Shown: positions 48,214-59,049, counted from the stretch's first letter. The stretch: 64,000 bases of DNA from an uncultured Verrucomicrobia subdivision 3 bacterium (GCA_903918885.1 CAIXFY010000050.1:12730-76729); one strand, 5' to 3'. Notes: generated by a model not told the origin, from the sequence alone. Program-made: numbers and translations.

Positions 48214-49176
48214 ATGACCGCCATCACGCCTTGGCACTGGGCCGGTTTCATCCTGTTCGTCCTCGCCTGCATCGCGGTGGACATGGGCGCGTTCAACAAG
48301 ACCGCCCGCACCGTGACCTTTCGCGAGGCGCTCGCCTGGAGCGTCATCTGGTTTTTGCTCGCGATGGGTTTTGGCGGGCTGCTGCTGGCCTTTCGAGGAC
48401 ACGAAGAAGCCACGGAATTCGTCACCGGCTATCTGATTGAACTGTCGCTTTCCACCGACAACATCCTCGTCATCGCGCTGATTTTTGCCGCGTTTCACAT
48501 CCCGCCTGAATTCCAGCGGCGCGTGCTCGTCTGGGGCATTCTGGGCGCGCTCGTCATGCGCGGCGCGATGATCGGCGTCGGCGCGGTGCTGGTGCAGCAT
48601 TTCAGTTGGGTGCTTTACGTCTTCGGCGTTTTCCTCGTCATCACCGGCGCGAAAATGTTTTTCGCCAAGCCCGAAGCCGTCGAGCCGGAACACAATCCCG
48701 TCATCCGTTTCGCGCGAAAGCTTTTTCCCATTTCTCCCAAATTGGATGGCCAATATTTTTTTACCCGGCTGAATGGCCGGCTAGCGCTGACGCCGCTCGC
48801 GCTCGTGTTGCTGCTGGTCGAGACCACCGATTTGATTTTCGCCGTGGATTCCGTGCCCGCCGTCTTTGCCGTCACGCAAAAGGCCTTCATCGTCTTCACT
48901 TCGAACGTCTTTGCCATTCTCGGTCTGCGCTCGCTGTATTTCCTGCTCGCTGGCGCGCTCGGCCTGTTTCGTTATCTCAAGGCCGGCCTTTCCGTCGTGC
49001 TGGTTTTTGTCGGCGCGAAAATGCTGCTCGACCCGCACGACCATGCACCGCAATGGTTTCAGTGCAAAATTCCGACGGTCACCTCGCTGCTCGTTGTCGC
49101 CGCGATTTTGGCCATCGCCATTTCGCTCTCCATCACCGCCGCCCGCCGGGAAAAAGTTGCGGTTAGGAGTAGGTGA
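48214..49176 (+). CDS. TerC/Alx family membrane protein
   Basis: GYLIELSLSTDN, QRRVL.WGI.GA..MR, DLIFAVDSVPA, SNVFAILGLRSLYF. Confidence 0.93.
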   Translation: MTAITPWHWAGFILFVLACIAVDMGAFNKTARTVTFREALAWSVIWFLLAMGFGGLLLAFRGHEEATEFVTGYLIELSLSTDNILVIALIFAAFHIPPEFQRRVLVWGILGALVMRGAMIGVGAVLVQHFSWVLYVFGVFLVITGAKMFFAKPEAVEPEHNPVIRFARKLFPISPKLDGQYFFTRLNGRLALTPLALVLLLVETTDLIFAVDSVPAVFAVTQKAFIVFTSNVFAILGLRSLYFLLAGALGLFRYLKAGLSVVLVFVGAKMLLDPHDHAPQWFQCKIPTVTSLLVVAAILAIAISLSITAARREKVAVRSR

Positions 49177-49260
49177 GAAACGGTTGGGGAAATTTCTAAA
49201 ACCGCGATTGTTGTTTTGAAAATCTCTGTCCATCTATGTTAATCTGCGGCTTGAAATTTC

Positions 49261-50148
49261 GTGACAACGACTGAAATAAAATCCCGCCCACGTTTGCCGG
49301 AATGGCTGCGCATCAAGCTGCCCACGTCCGACACGTTTTCGCAGACGCGCAACCTGCTGGACGAACTCAAGCTGCACACTGTCTGCGAGAGCGCCAAGTG
49401 CCCGAACCATTGGGAATGCTGGGCGAAAGGCACGGCGACCTTCATGATTGCCGGCGACCGCTGCACGCGTGCCTGCGGCTTCTGCGCCGTGGCCACCGCC
49501 AAGCCGCTGCCGCTGGAGGCCGACGAGCCGCTGCGTGTGGCCGAGGCGACGCGCCGGATGAAATTGAAGCACGTCGTCATCACCGCCGTCGCGCGCGACG
49601 ATATGCCGGACGGCGGCGCGGAACATTTTCGCCAGACGATTGAAAAGGTGCGCGAACTGAATCCGGGAATCGTAATTGAAGTGCTCGTGCCGGATTTTCA
49701 AGACAGCGACGCTTCGATTGAAAATGTTTTGTCGGCGAATCCGCAAATCTTCAACCACAATCTTGAAACCGTGCGGCGACTGACACCGGAAGTGCGCCAT
49801 CGCGCGACTTACGACCGTTCGTTGAGCGTGCTGAAAAAGGTGAAGGACAAACGTGGCAAGACCGTTTTCACCAAGTCCGGGATGATGCTCGGTTTGGGCG
49901 AACACGAAGCAGAAGTGTTGGAAGCCATGCGCGATTTGCGCGCGGCGGGCTGTGATATTCTCACGCTTGGCCAGTATCTACAGCCGACATTGAAACATTT
50001 GGCGATGGCGGAATTCATCCCGCCGGCAAAGTTTGCGGAATACAAAGTGCGGGCCGAAGAAATGGGTTTTGTCCACGTCGCGAGCGGGCCGCTGGTGCGC
50101 AGCTCGTATCACGCGGATGAGTTTGGTGCGGCGTCAGCGACTTGTTAA
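49261..50148 (+). CDS. lipA: Lipoyl synthase
   Basis: CESAKCPNHWEC, CTRACGFC, RSSYHA. Confidence 0.97.
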   Translation: MTTTEIKSRPRLPEWLRIKLPTSDTFSQTRNLLDELKLHTVCESAKCPNHWECWAKGTATFMIAGDRCTRACGFCAVATAKPLPLEADEPLRVAEATRRMKLKHVVITAVARDDMPDGGAEHFRQTIEKVRELNPGIVIEVLVPDFQDSDASIENVLSANPQIFNHNLETVRRLTPEVRHRATYDRSLSVLKKVKDKRGKTVFTKSGMMLGLGEHEAEVLEAMRDLRAAGCDILTLGQYLQPTLKHLAMAEFIPPAKFAEYKVRAEEMGFVHVASGPLVRSSYHADEFGAASATC

Positions 50149-50745
50149 CGGGTGGTGCAGCAGTAAATAAAACGCGATGGCAAAGCAGAGAATGCCGATG
50201 GCGAAAAAGAGGACGGTAAAAACGGTTTGGATTTTTTTTGCGCGCGCGGCAACGGCGGCGGCCTGTTTCTTCTCGGTGGCCATAAAGCTGGCAAATTGAT
50301 TTCCTAGTGCGGCTTTGATGACGTCCTCGTTTTTCAGTTCCAGCGTAAGCCAGCGACCTTCGAGCGTTTTCCATTCGTCCGGTAGGCGTTCAAGGATTTC
50401 CGTATTGGCGGGTTGAAATCCCCAGCGCGTCCAGAACGGAGAAGTTTCCTGTGTCCACACGCGAAATACGCCGTGATTGGCGGCGAGAGTTTGGATGCGC
50501 TCCCAGAGAAGTTCTCGCGCGGCATCGGCGAGGGAAAAATCGGCGAAATCCTCCGCGTAAAACCGCAAGTTCTGGCGGACGATCTGCATGCCTACGGCAC
50601 CAGCGAAAATTCCGCCGGCCTCAACGATTTGAAATTCCGTGAGCCGACCTTCAAGTTCGTTGGTCGGCAACCGCGCGGCGAGCCAGAACGACTGCAGCGC
50701 GGGCAGGTCGTCCACGGTGGCGCGGCGGACGGTGAGGTGGTTCAT
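50134..50745 (-). CDS. GNAT-fold-like protein with C-terminal TM helix
   Basis: Start MNHLTVRRATVDDL; FWTRWGF motif; hydrophobic C-terminus. Confidence 0.6.
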   Translation of the reverse strand: MNHLTVRRATVDDLPALQSFWLAARLPTNELEGRLTEFQIVEAGGIFAGAVGMQIVRQNLRFYAEDFADFSLADAARELLWERIQTLAANHGVFRVWTQETSPFWTRWGFQPANTEILERLPDEWKTLEGRWLTLELKNEDVIKAALGNQFASFMATEKKQAAAVAARAKKIQTVFTVLFFAIGILCFAIAFYLLLHHPLTSR

Positions 50746-50838
50746 CGCTGAAGTCTGGCGGGAAAGTTCGCGGTCGCGAAGAAAAATTTGCATTTTCGCC
50801 GAGCTGTGTAATTTTACGCGGTCTGTAAAAACAATATT

Positions 50839-51483
50839 ATGAGCCAAACCAAACAACTTCTCGACGCCTTGCAATGGCGCTACGCCACCAAGGTTTTTGA
50901 CGCCACCAAAAAAATTCCCGCCGACATTTGGGACGCGCTGCAAAAAGCGCTCGTCCTGACGCCGACGAGCTACGGACTGCAACCGTATATATTTCTCGTC
51001 GTGCAGGACGTGGCGACGCGGGCGGCGTTGCTGCCGCATTCGTGGGGGCAGAAGCAGGTTGTGGACTGCTCGCATTTTGTTGTGTTTCTCGCACGGACGG
51101 AAATGAAGGAGGCGGATGTTGATAAATTGATTAGTCGCACGTTGGAATTACGCAAGCTGCCCACCGGCGCGCTGGATGCGTATCGCGGCATGATGCTTTC
51201 GGATGTGGTGAACGGTCCGCGCGGCAAGACCGCCCACGAATGGGCCGCGCGCCAGTGCTATATCGCGCTAGGCAACCTGATGACTGCGGCCGCCATCCTC
51301 GGCGTGGATGCGTGCCCGATGGAGGGTATGGTTCCGACCGAATACGACAAAATTTTGAAGCTCGAAGGCAGCGGTTACAGAACCGTTGTGGCGTGTCCGC
51401 TAGGCTATCGAGCAGTGACAGACAAATATGCCAGCCTCGCCAAAGTCCGCTACCAGGCGGCGGATTTGGTTAAAGTGGTTTGA
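50839..51483 (+). CDS. NAD(P)H nitroreductase family (NfsB-like)
   Basis: WRYATKVFD, PTSYGLQP, QCYIALG, DACPMEG. Confidence 0.92.
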   Translation: MSQTKQLLDALQWRYATKVFDATKKIPADIWDALQKALVLTPTSYGLQPYIFLVVQDVATRAALLPHSWGQKQVVDCSHFVVFLARTEMKEADVDKLISRTLELRKLPTGALDAYRGMMLSDVVNGPRGKTAHEWAARQCYIALGNLMTAAAILGVDACPMEGMVPTEYDKILKLEGSGYRTVVACPLGYRAVTDKYASLAKVRYQAADLVKVV

Positions 51484-51502
51484 TTTTAGCTGCACGCATC
51501 CG

Positions 51503-51543
51503 ACTTCTGCCGTGGGCAACTGCGGTAGAAGTTTTATTTTTTT
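51503..51543 (+). terminator. Probable intrinsic terminator
   Basis: ACTTCTGCCGT / GCGGTAGAAGT stem (G-U pairs) followed by T-rich run. Confidence 0.6.
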
Positions 51544-51580
51544 AATTTGATAAAAAAAATAGTTCAGCTAATGTTTTGCC

Positions 51581-52024
51581 ATGTTCAAAAAGCTTTTCAT
51601 TCCCTCGGATGATTCGGATTTGACGAGCATGGCGTTGTTGGTGGCGCGGCTGTGGTTTGGCCTCGGGATGCTTTTTAATCACGGGTTAGATAAATTTGCC
51701 CACTTCAAGGATCTCGTCGGAACCTTTCCTGATCCGCTGGGCTTGGGACAAGAGGCGAGTCTGGTGCTGGTGATTTTTGCCGAGGTGCTGGGGGCATTGC
51801 TGCTGACGGTCGGCCTGATGACGCGCGTGGCGGCGGCGATGCTGGTGCTTGACATGTTTGTCGCCTTCCTGATGGTGCACAAGGCGGGGATGAGCGGCGG
51901 TGAACTGGCGTTTGTCTATCTGGCCGGTTATGTGATTTTGGTGATTGCCGGTGGCGGGTTGTTCTCGCTCGACACGATTTTCTTTTCCAACACCACCCGC
52001 AGCCGCATCCAAAAGCCGGGTTAA
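51581..52024 (+). CDS. DoxX family membrane protein
   Basis: R..FG..M..HG..K, FPDPLGLG, GLMTR, GGG.FSLD. Confidence 0.9.
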   Translation: MFKKLFIPSDDSDLTSMALLVARLWFGLGMLFNHGLDKFAHFKDLVGTFPDPLGLGQEASLVLVIFAEVLGALLLTVGLMTRVAAAMLVLDMFVAFLMVHKAGMSGGELAFVYLAGYVILVIAGGGLFSLDTIFFSNTTRSRIQKPG

Positions 52025-52048
52025 AAATTTAAAGCGGTAAGCCGCCGT

Positions 52049-53242
52049 TCATAATTTTTCCGGCTGCTGCATCAGGCTGCCGATGCGCTGCAACAATCTT
52101 CCCGCCGCGCCGCCGTCGAGCACGCGGTGGTCGAAGCTCAAAGTGAGGTAAGCCTCCATCATCGGCACGAATTGACCTTTTGCCTCGTCCCAGTGCGGCA
52201 TCTTGCGGCCCGCGCCGAGGCCGAGCACGAGCGTCTGTTCTGGCAGCGGAATCGGCGTGGCCCAGATTAAACCAAACGTGCCGAAGTTGGTCACGGTGGC
52301 GACGGAGCCGCCGGTGGCGTCCGCCGGCAATTTTCTTTGGCGCGCTAGTTCTACCAGTTCGTTGTAGCGCACGGTCAAATCTTTTAACGGCTTTTTGTCC
52401 GCGCCCCGCAAAACTGGGACGAGCACGCCATCCTCCGCTTCGACGGCAAAGCCAACGTCAATCGAGGACGGATGCACGATGTTCGCGCCGACGAGGCGGC
52501 CGGCGACGGCGCTGTTTTCGGCGAGCGCCACGGCGAGCGCGCGCAAAGCGTAAAGCGCCGGACCGGGCTTGGGATCGCACGCTTTGCGGTGCGCGAGCAA
52601 GGCGTCCAGCACCACCGGCAGACCGACGGTCGCCAGCGGACGCGTCCAGCTTCGGCGCATCGCATCGGCTACGGCCACGCGCATGGAAGAAGCTTTGGTC
52701 AACTTTTGCTGATCGAGATTCGTGATAAATTTTTCAAAGTCCTCGACGGTCACGCGACCAGCCGCGCCGCTGCCGGCGATGCCCGCGAGGTCGGCGGCGC
52801 TCAAGCCGAGTTCGAGCATCCGCGCCTTGAGTCGGGGCGACATGTAGCTCGCGCCGGTGGCGTTGGCGGGCACGGGCAGGCCGCGAACGGTCGGCTGAAC
52901 GCGCGAACTTTTGCCGCTGGCCGGTTGCTTGGTGAGCATTTCGGTGTCACCGGTTTTGGGCGGCGCGGGCGCGTCAAGCCCGAAGCGTTTGGCTTCGGCG
53001 GCGGTCACTTCAATTTTTCCCAGCACATCGCCGACTGCGTAACTTTCATTGATCTCGGCGGAAAAACTTTCCACTTTGCCGGCGCAAGGCGCGGTGACGG
53101 TCATGGTGGCTTTGTTGGTTTCCACCTCAATCAAGTCCTGTCCGCCTTCAACTTGTTCGCCGGGCTTGACGAGGAAATTGATGATGGCCGCCTCCGCGAT
53201 GGATTCGCCGAGCTGCGGCATGATGATGGGAATGGAAGGCAT
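52049..53242 (-). CDS. 2-oxoacid dehydrogenase E2 (dihydrolipoamide acyltransferase)
   Basis: MPQLGESI, lipoyl site VETNKAT, GSG..GRV..ED, FDHRVLDG. Confidence 0.93.
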   Translation of the reverse strand: MPSIPIIMPQLGESIAEAAIINFLVKPGEQVEGGQDLIEVETNKATMTVTAPCAGKVESFSAEINESYAVGDVLGKIEVTAAEAKRFGLDAPAPPKTGDTEMLTKQPASGKSSRVQPTVRGLPVPANATGASYMSPRLKARMLELGLSAADLAGIAGSGAAGRVTVEDFEKFITNLDQQKLTKASSMRVAVADAMRRSWTRPLATVGLPVVLDALLAHRKACDPKPGPALYALRALAVALAENSAVAGRLVGANIVHPSSIDVGFAVEAEDGVLVPVLRGADKKPLKDLTVRYNELVELARQRKLPADATGGSVATVTNFGTFGLIWATPIPLPEQTLVLGLGAGRKMPHWDEAKGQFVPMMEAYLTLSFDHRVLDGGAAGRLLQRIGSLMQQPEKL

Positions 53243-53284
53243 AGAAATTTTCGATTTAAGATTTCCGATTAGCGATTTTTCCGT

Positions 53285-54250
53285 TCATGTGCGCAACAGG
53301 TTTCTCGCGGCGGCGGCCACGCTGCGTGAGGTTGGCCGGTGTGCGGCCCACAAATTCGGATGATATGGCACCGGCGTGTCCTTGGCGTTTAGCCGTTGCG
53401 GAGGTGCGTCGAGCAGACCGTAGCCTTCGCTGGTGACGCGGGCGATGACTTCGGCGGTCACGCCGCCCCACGGCCACGCTTCGCCGACGCACAGCAGTCG
53501 GCCCGTGCGCGCGACGCTGGCCATGACGGTGTCGGTATCGAGCGGCTTAATGGAGCGCAAATCCACCACTTCGATTTCCCAGCCTTCCGTCGCCAGTTCG
53601 GTGGCGGCGACAAGCGCCTCGTGCACCATCGCGCTATAAGTGACGATGGTGAGATCGCGGCCTTCGCGGGCGATGCGCGCCTTGCCGATGGGCAACGCTT
53701 CGCTCGGCAATTTTTCCGCCTTGAGATGGTAGTAAAGAAATTTATGTTCGCAGAAAATCACCGGGTCGTTCACCGCCACCGCGCCGAGCAGCATGGAATA
53801 GGCGTCTTCGACCGTCGCCGGCGTCAACACGACGAGGCCGGGATAATGCGCGTAAATCGCCTCGATGCACTGGCTGTGGAACGGGCCGCTGCCCGAAGTG
53901 CCGCCGAACGGCAGGCGCACGGTGATGGGACAGGGAACATTCGTGCGCCAAAAAAGCGTCGAGGCTTGGTTGACGATCTGGTTGAAACCGACCGTGGAAA
54001 AATCCGCGAACTGCATCTCGATAATTGGCCTCATGCCTTCGATGGCCGCGCCGACGGCCAGACCGACCATCGCGTCCTCCGAAATGGGCGAATCCAAAAC
54101 GCGGCCGGGAAATTCCTTCTGCAAATTTTTCGTGGCCTTGAACGCGCCGCCGAACGCGCCGACATCCTGGCCGTAGATGAAGACGCGCGGGTCGTCGCGC
54201 AAGGCGTGCGCCTGCGCTTCGCGGATGGCTTCGAGATAGGTGATGCTCAT
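53285..54250 (-). CDS. 2-oxoacid dehydrogenase E1 beta subunit
   Basis: GQDVG.FGG.F, PISE, EMQFADF, GPFHSQ. Confidence 0.93.
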   Translation of the reverse strand: MSITYLEAIREAQAHALRDDPRVFIYGQDVGAFGGAFKATKNLQKEFPGRVLDSPISEDAMVGLAVGAAIEGMRPIIEMQFADFSTVGFNQIVNQASTLFWRTNVPCPITVRLPFGGTSGSGPFHSQCIEAIYAHYPGLVVLTPATVEDAYSMLLGAVAVNDPVIFCEHKFLYYHLKAEKLPSEALPIGKARIAREGRDLTIVTYSAMVHEALVAATELATEGWEIEVVDLRSIKPLDTDTVMASVARTGRLLCVGEAWPWGGVTAEVIARVTSEGYGLLDAPPQRLNAKDTPVPYHPNLWAAHRPTSRSVAAAARNLLRT

Positions 54251-54260
54251 GCGAGAAAAA

Positions 54261-55289
54261 TTATTCGCGACCCTCCGACAAATTTTCCGTGGCCAGCGCC
54301 GTCCAATTTTCCGCGAACGGATCGGGCGCGGGTTCGCGCTGGACCTGCGCGACGGCATCCTCGATTTCGCGGACGGCCTCGCTGCGCCAGACGGCGATCT
54401 GCGCGGCGTCGGTGAATTTTTTCTTCAGCAAAAATTCCTCGGCCAGCTTCATGCAATCGCGTCCGAGCGGAGAATTTTTCATGTCCGGCGGAATGTAGCC
54501 GGCGTCGTCATGTTCGCCGTGGCCGCAGAGGCGGAGCAAATCGGCGACGACGAGTTGCGGGCCGTGCCCGGCGCGCGCGCGGGCGACAGCGCGGCCGACG
54601 ACTTCCATGCACGCGGCAAAATCGTTGCCGGCGACGGAATGCGCTTCGACGCCGTAGCCGACGGCCTTGTGCGCGAGGTCGGCGCAGGCGAATTGCCGAT
54701 CGTTGGGCGTGGAGTAGGAAAATTGGTTGTTGGCGACGACGAGCACGAGCGGCAGTTTTTCGACGGCGGCTTGGTTGAGCGCTTCGTGAAACGCACCGGT
54801 GGATGTCGCACCTTCGCCGAGACACGCGGCGCCGACGATGCCTTTGATTCCCTTCATACGTCGTGCGAACAGGACGCCGTTCACCACGGAAATCATCGCG
54901 CCCAGATGCGAAATCATCGGCAGATAGCCGTCCTGCGGTTTGCCGCGATGGACATTGCCGTCGCGCCCGCGCATCGGGCCGAGCGCGGATCCCATGTAGG
55001 TGCGGACGGCGTCAATAATCGGTTCGCCGAAAGCGAGTCGGCCGGCGGCGTCGCGGATGAGCGGCGCAAACACGTCGGTTTTATTGAGGTGAACGCCGAT
55101 GGCGGCGCTCAAGGCTTCCTGACCGCGACCAAGGAAAACGCCGCCGTGAATTTTACCGGCGCGGTAGAGGGTCGCGAATTTTTCGTCGAGCAGCCGCGCC
55201 CACAGCATGAAGCGGAAGGCGGCGAGGTGCAAATCGGATGCGGAACCAATCTGGCCGTCCGTATGAGACTCGGTGACGGTCTGCGACAT
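54261..55289 (-). CDS. 2-oxoacid dehydrogenase E1 alpha subunit
   Basis: GQEA, TPP motif GEGA...NN, R..GH.EHD. Confidence 0.92.
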   Translation of the reverse strand: MSQTVTESHTDGQIGSASDLHLAAFRFMLWARLLDEKFATLYRAGKIHGGVFLGRGQEALSAAIGVHLNKTDVFAPLIRDAAGRLAFGEPIIDAVRTYMGSALGPMRGRDGNVHRGKPQDGYLPMISHLGAMISVVNGVLFARRMKGIKGIVGAACLGEGATSTGAFHEALNQAAVEKLPLVLVVANNQFSYSTPNDRQFACADLAHKAVGYGVEAHSVAGNDFAACMEVVGRAVARARAGHGPQLVVADLLRLCGHGEHDDAGYIPPDMKNSPLGRDCMKLAEEFLLKKKFTDAAQIAVWRSEAVREIEDAVAQVQREPAPDPFAENWTALATENLSEGRE

Positions 55290-55417
55290 GCGACAAGTTT
55301 ATCCCCGGCGCGGCAGGCCAGCAATAATTCTTTCCAGCGCCGGAAAAATTCATCTCGCTGGCGGGATGGAAATCTGTTAAATCGCCGCAGTCAAAATATA
55401 AATTTTGCCCGCGCTGG

Positions 55418-57853
55418 ATGACCCCAACCAAATTTCAAGCCTTGATGTTGAGCAACGACCACAAGCTGGTCGAGTCCATGTTGCTGCCAGTGCGGTTGGA
55501 TGGGGGCAGTCTCGGCATGGTGGCGAATTACGCAGACACGTTGCGGGTGCTGCAAAACCAGCCGCCGGATTTGCTGCTGCTGGATTTGCATTCGGCCGAG
55601 GCCGACAGTTTGAATATTCTCCGCCAGTTGAAGCATCATCCGCTTGCACAACCGTTGCTGACGGTGGCGCTGGGCGGTCCGACGGAATACTCCGTGGCGC
55701 AACGGGCTTTTGATCAGGGGTTAGGTGAATTTGTTCAGATGCCGGTTGAACAGGGGTTATTTCGGGCTCGGTTGCTCAGTTGGGTGCATCTTAAGCGCAA
55801 ATTGGATGAACTGTCTCGTCGGCAACAGGAATTGACGGAAGCCTGTCGTGCGGCCGAGGCTAATTCACGAGCCAAGTCTGAATTTCTGGCGACGATGAGT
55901 CACGAAATTCGCACGCCGATGAGCGGCGTCATCGGCATGGCGGGTTTGCTGGCGGAAACGGCGTTGACGCCCGAACAGCGCGGCTATCTTGACACCATTC
56001 AAAATAGCAGTGAATCGCTGCTGGGCATCATCAATGATATTCTGGATTTTTCCAAGATTGAGGCGGGCAAGCTAGATCTGGAGCGGCGGCCGTTTGATTT
56101 GCGCGCTAGCGTTGAGGAATCGCTCGAACTGCTTTCTCCTCGAGCGCTGGAGAAGAAACTCGATCTCGCCTACGAAGTTCAGGATGTCATTCCCGCATTG
56201 CTTGAAGGCGACGCGCAACGGCTGCGTCAAGTGCTGGTGAACTTGATTGGCAACGCGGTAAAATTCACCAACAGCGGCGGGGTTTTTGTCAAAGTTGAAA
56301 AACTTAATCCGCCGGCGGGCGAGGTGGAAAATCCTGAATTACTGCGGCTGCACGTTGCCGTGCGCGACACCGGCATCGGTATCCAGCCCGACAAGCTGGC
56401 ACGTTTGTTCCGGCCATTTGCCCAAGCGGATGTTTCCACCACGCGCAAATACGGCGGCACGGGACTGGGGTTGGTCATCAGCCGTCGGTTGGTGGAATTG
56501 ATGGGCGGGCGGATGTGGGCGGAAAGTGTTTCCGGCGAGGGTTCGACCTTTCATTTCACCGTGAGCCTCGCCCCGGCGGGCGATTCTCAACCGCCGGCAC
56601 ACGCCAAGCGGCAGGTGCGGCTGGCGGATTTGAAGATTTTAATTTTGGAAGACAATGCGATGTTGCGGAACCTGTTGTTCGAGCAATGTCGGCGTTGGGG
56701 TATGCAACCGCAGGCGGTTCAGGAAGCCGGTGCGGCGCTGGACATGTTGCGCAAAGGCGCGACGTTTGATCTGGCTTTGGTGGATGCCGCGCTGCCGGGA
56801 GTGGACGGCGCGACGGTGGCGGCGGAGATGCAAAAAATTTCCACGGCGGCAATGATGCCGGTGGTGTTGATGACGGCCATCGGTAAAAATCATGTGCCCA
56901 ATGATGCGCGCCTGATGTTTGCCAACACCGTCAGCAAGCCGGTAAAGCCGGCGCAATTATGCGCGGCGCTGGAACGTTCACTGTTAAGTCCGCGCAATCC
57001 GGCTGGCTCGGCCTCACCGCCCAAGGCCGAAGAATCGCTGGCCGCGCGTCTGCCGTTACGGATTTTGCTGGTGGACGACAATGATATTAACCTGAAGGTG
57101 GCCGTGCGGATTTTACAGCAACTCGGTTATCAGCCGGAACTGGCGGTGAACGGCCGCGAGGCTTTGGAGATGATTGAAACCAAGCCGACGGATTTGGTTT
57201 TCATGGATGTCATGATGCCGGAGTTGGATGGTTTGGACGCTACGCGCCACATTCGTAAACGGCAGATGAGTGGCGACCACAATTTTCAAGGACGCATTGT
57301 CATCGTGGCCATGACCGCGCACGCAATGCAGGGCGACCGCGAAAAATGTATCGCCGCCGGCATGGATGACTATTTGTCCAAACCAATCCGGCCCAAAGAT
57401 GTGCGCGACATGATTGAAAAATGGGGCGGAAAAATCCCCATGATTACCGCCGCGCCGGCAACATCCACACCGGCGACGACGGAAGAATTGCCGGTGGACA
57501 TGGTGCGCATGAAAGATTTGACCGATGGCAACGTGGACAATTTGCGCGAATTGGTGGAGATGTATTTCAACCAAACGCAAAAGCAATTTATCCAGCTGCG
57601 TGAGGCCATCCGCGACGGCAAGGCGGATGCCGTCCGGCGCGTGGCGCATAGCTGCGCCGGTGCGAGTGCGACTCTGGGGATGACTCAGTTGGTGCCGCGG
57701 CTGCGGGAAATGGAAAAGCTGGCCGCTGCTGGCGGGTTGACGGGCGTGGAAAAAATTTTTGAAAATACCGCCGTTGAGTTTGGGCGAGTTCATGAATTTC
57801 TGAAAACACAGCCGGAACTCGCTGAAGTTGTCGCCCGATTCAAATTGGAATGA
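55418..57853 (+). CDS. Cytoplasmic hybrid histidine kinase (REC-HisKA-HATPase-REC-REC-HPt)
   Basis: MSHEIRTP, NLIGNAVKFT, GGTGLGL, MDVMMP, AHSCAGAS; no TM segment. Confidence 0.92.
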   Translation: MTPTKFQALMLSNDHKLVESMLLPVRLDGGSLGMVANYADTLRVLQNQPPDLLLLDLHSAEADSLNILRQLKHHPLAQPLLTVALGGPTEYSVAQRAFDQGLGEFVQMPVEQGLFRARLLSWVHLKRKLDELSRRQQELTEACRAAEANSRAKSEFLATMSHEIRTPMSGVIGMAGLLAETALTPEQRGYLDTIQNSSESLLGIINDILDFSKIEAGKLDLERRPFDLRASVEESLELLSPRALEKKLDLAYEVQDVIPALLEGDAQRLRQVLVNLIGNAVKFTNSGGVFVKVEKLNPPAGEVENPELLRLHVAVRDTGIGIQPDKLARLFRPFAQADVSTTRKYGGTGLGLVISRRLVELMGGRMWAESVSGEGSTFHFTVSLAPAGDSQPPAHAKRQVRLADLKILILEDNAMLRNLLFEQCRRWGMQPQAVQEAGAALDMLRKGATFDLALVDAALPGVDGATVAAEMQKISTAAMMPVVLMTAIGKNHVPNDARLMFANTVSKPVKPAQLCAALERSLLSPRNPAGSASPPKAEESLAARLPLRILLVDDNDINLKVAVRILQQLGYQPELAVNGREALEMIETKPTDLVFMDVMMPELDGLDATRHIRKRQMSGDHNFQGRIVIVAMTAHAMQGDREKCIAAGMDDYLSKPIRPKDVRDMIEKWGGKIPMITAAPATSTPATTEELPVDMVRMKDLTDGNVDNLRELVEMYFNQTQKQFIQLREAIRDGKADAVRRVAHSCAGASATLGMTQLVPRLREMEKLAAAGGLTGVEKIFENTAVEFGRVHEFLKTQPELAEVVARFKLE

Positions 57854-59043
57854 AAAAAATTCTCATTATCGAAGACGATGCGATTGTCGCCAATGTCTAC
57901 CGCAACAAACTTGCGGTGGAGGGTTATCAGGCCGAGGTCGCGCCTGATGGCGAATCGGGTTTGAAGATGATGCGGGTGTTTCAGCCCAACTTGATTGTTT
58001 TGGATCTGATGCTGCCAAATATTTCCGGCATTGAAGTCATCAAGGAGATTCGCAGCGAAGCAACTTTTTCCAAGCTTCCCATCATTGTTTTTTCCAACAC
58101 TTACCTGACCAATTTGATTCAGGACGCGTGGCGTGCCGGCGCGAATAAATGTTTGTCGAAGGCCAGTTGCACGCCCAAGGATTTGATCGAGGTCGTGCGG
58201 CATACCATCGGCGATAGTGGTGCGGTTCCCCAGTCCAATCCGTCGACGGTCGAAGAGATGGAAAGCAAACCGGTCACTTTGTCTGATCAGAATGACAGTG
58301 AATTTCAGGCCGACTTGCGGAAAACGTTTGTCGAAAACTTGCCCGCCACACTCTATGCATTGCGAGTCGCTCTGCAAGAATTGGTCAAGGCCGATACCGA
58401 AGTGGCTCGGCTCCGTCACATCTACGAGTTATACCGGCGCGTGCATGCGCTGGGCGGCAACGCCGGTCTGGCCGGGCTTGTGAGCGTCGCGCACATGGCT
58501 TCCGCCTTCGAGGCGTTGTTGAAGGAGATTTACGAGAAGCCAAAAAATATCAATTCATCCTCCATCCGGACGGTGGCGGCGGCGGTTGATTTTCTGGGTT
58601 TCCTGTTTGAACGCAGCAAGCAGCCGGAGAAACAGGATTTGCCCGCTTCCCGAATTCTGGTTGTGGACGATGAAGCCATCTCTCGCCGCGCCATCGTCTA
58701 TGCGCTGGAAAAAGCCCAGTTGAAATCCATCAATGTCGAGGAACCGCAGGAAGCCTTGGAATTGCTGGCCGCCAACGATTTCGACCTCATTTTTCTCGAC
58801 GTGGACATGCCGGGCATGACGGGCTTTGAACTATGCGCCAAGTTGCGCTCGTTTCCGCAGCACAAAAAAACGCCGGTGGTTTTCATCACCAGCCTCAATG
58901 ATTTTGAGAACCGCACCAACTCCATGATGGCCGGCGGCAACGATTTCATCGGTAAACCATTTTTATTCATCGAGCTGACGGTCAAAGCGCTTATCTACGT
59001 CATGCGCGCCCGCTTTCAGTATAAAAACCGAAGCGTCAGTTGA
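57850..59043 (+). CDS. REC-HPt-REC response regulator
   Basis: IIEDD..LDLMLP; RVHALGGNAG; VVDD..LDVDMP..KP; ATGA overlap with kinase. Confidence 0.88.
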   Translation: MKKILIIEDDAIVANVYRNKLAVEGYQAEVAPDGESGLKMMRVFQPNLIVLDLMLPNISGIEVIKEIRSEATFSKLPIIVFSNTYLTNLIQDAWRAGANKCLSKASCTPKDLIEVVRHTIGDSGAVPQSNPSTVEEMESKPVTLSDQNDSEFQADLRKTFVENLPATLYALRVALQELVKADTEVARLRHIYELYRRVHALGGNAGLAGLVSVAHMASAFEALLKEIYEKPKNINSSSIRTVAAAVDFLGFLFERSKQPEKQDLPASRILVVDDEAISRRAIVYALEKAQLKSINVEEPQEALELLAANDFDLIFLDVDMPGMTGFELCAKLRSFPQHKKTPVVFITSLNDFENRTNSMMAGGNDFIGKPFLFIELTVKALIYVMRARFQYKNRSVS

Positions 59044-59049
59044 TTGCGC

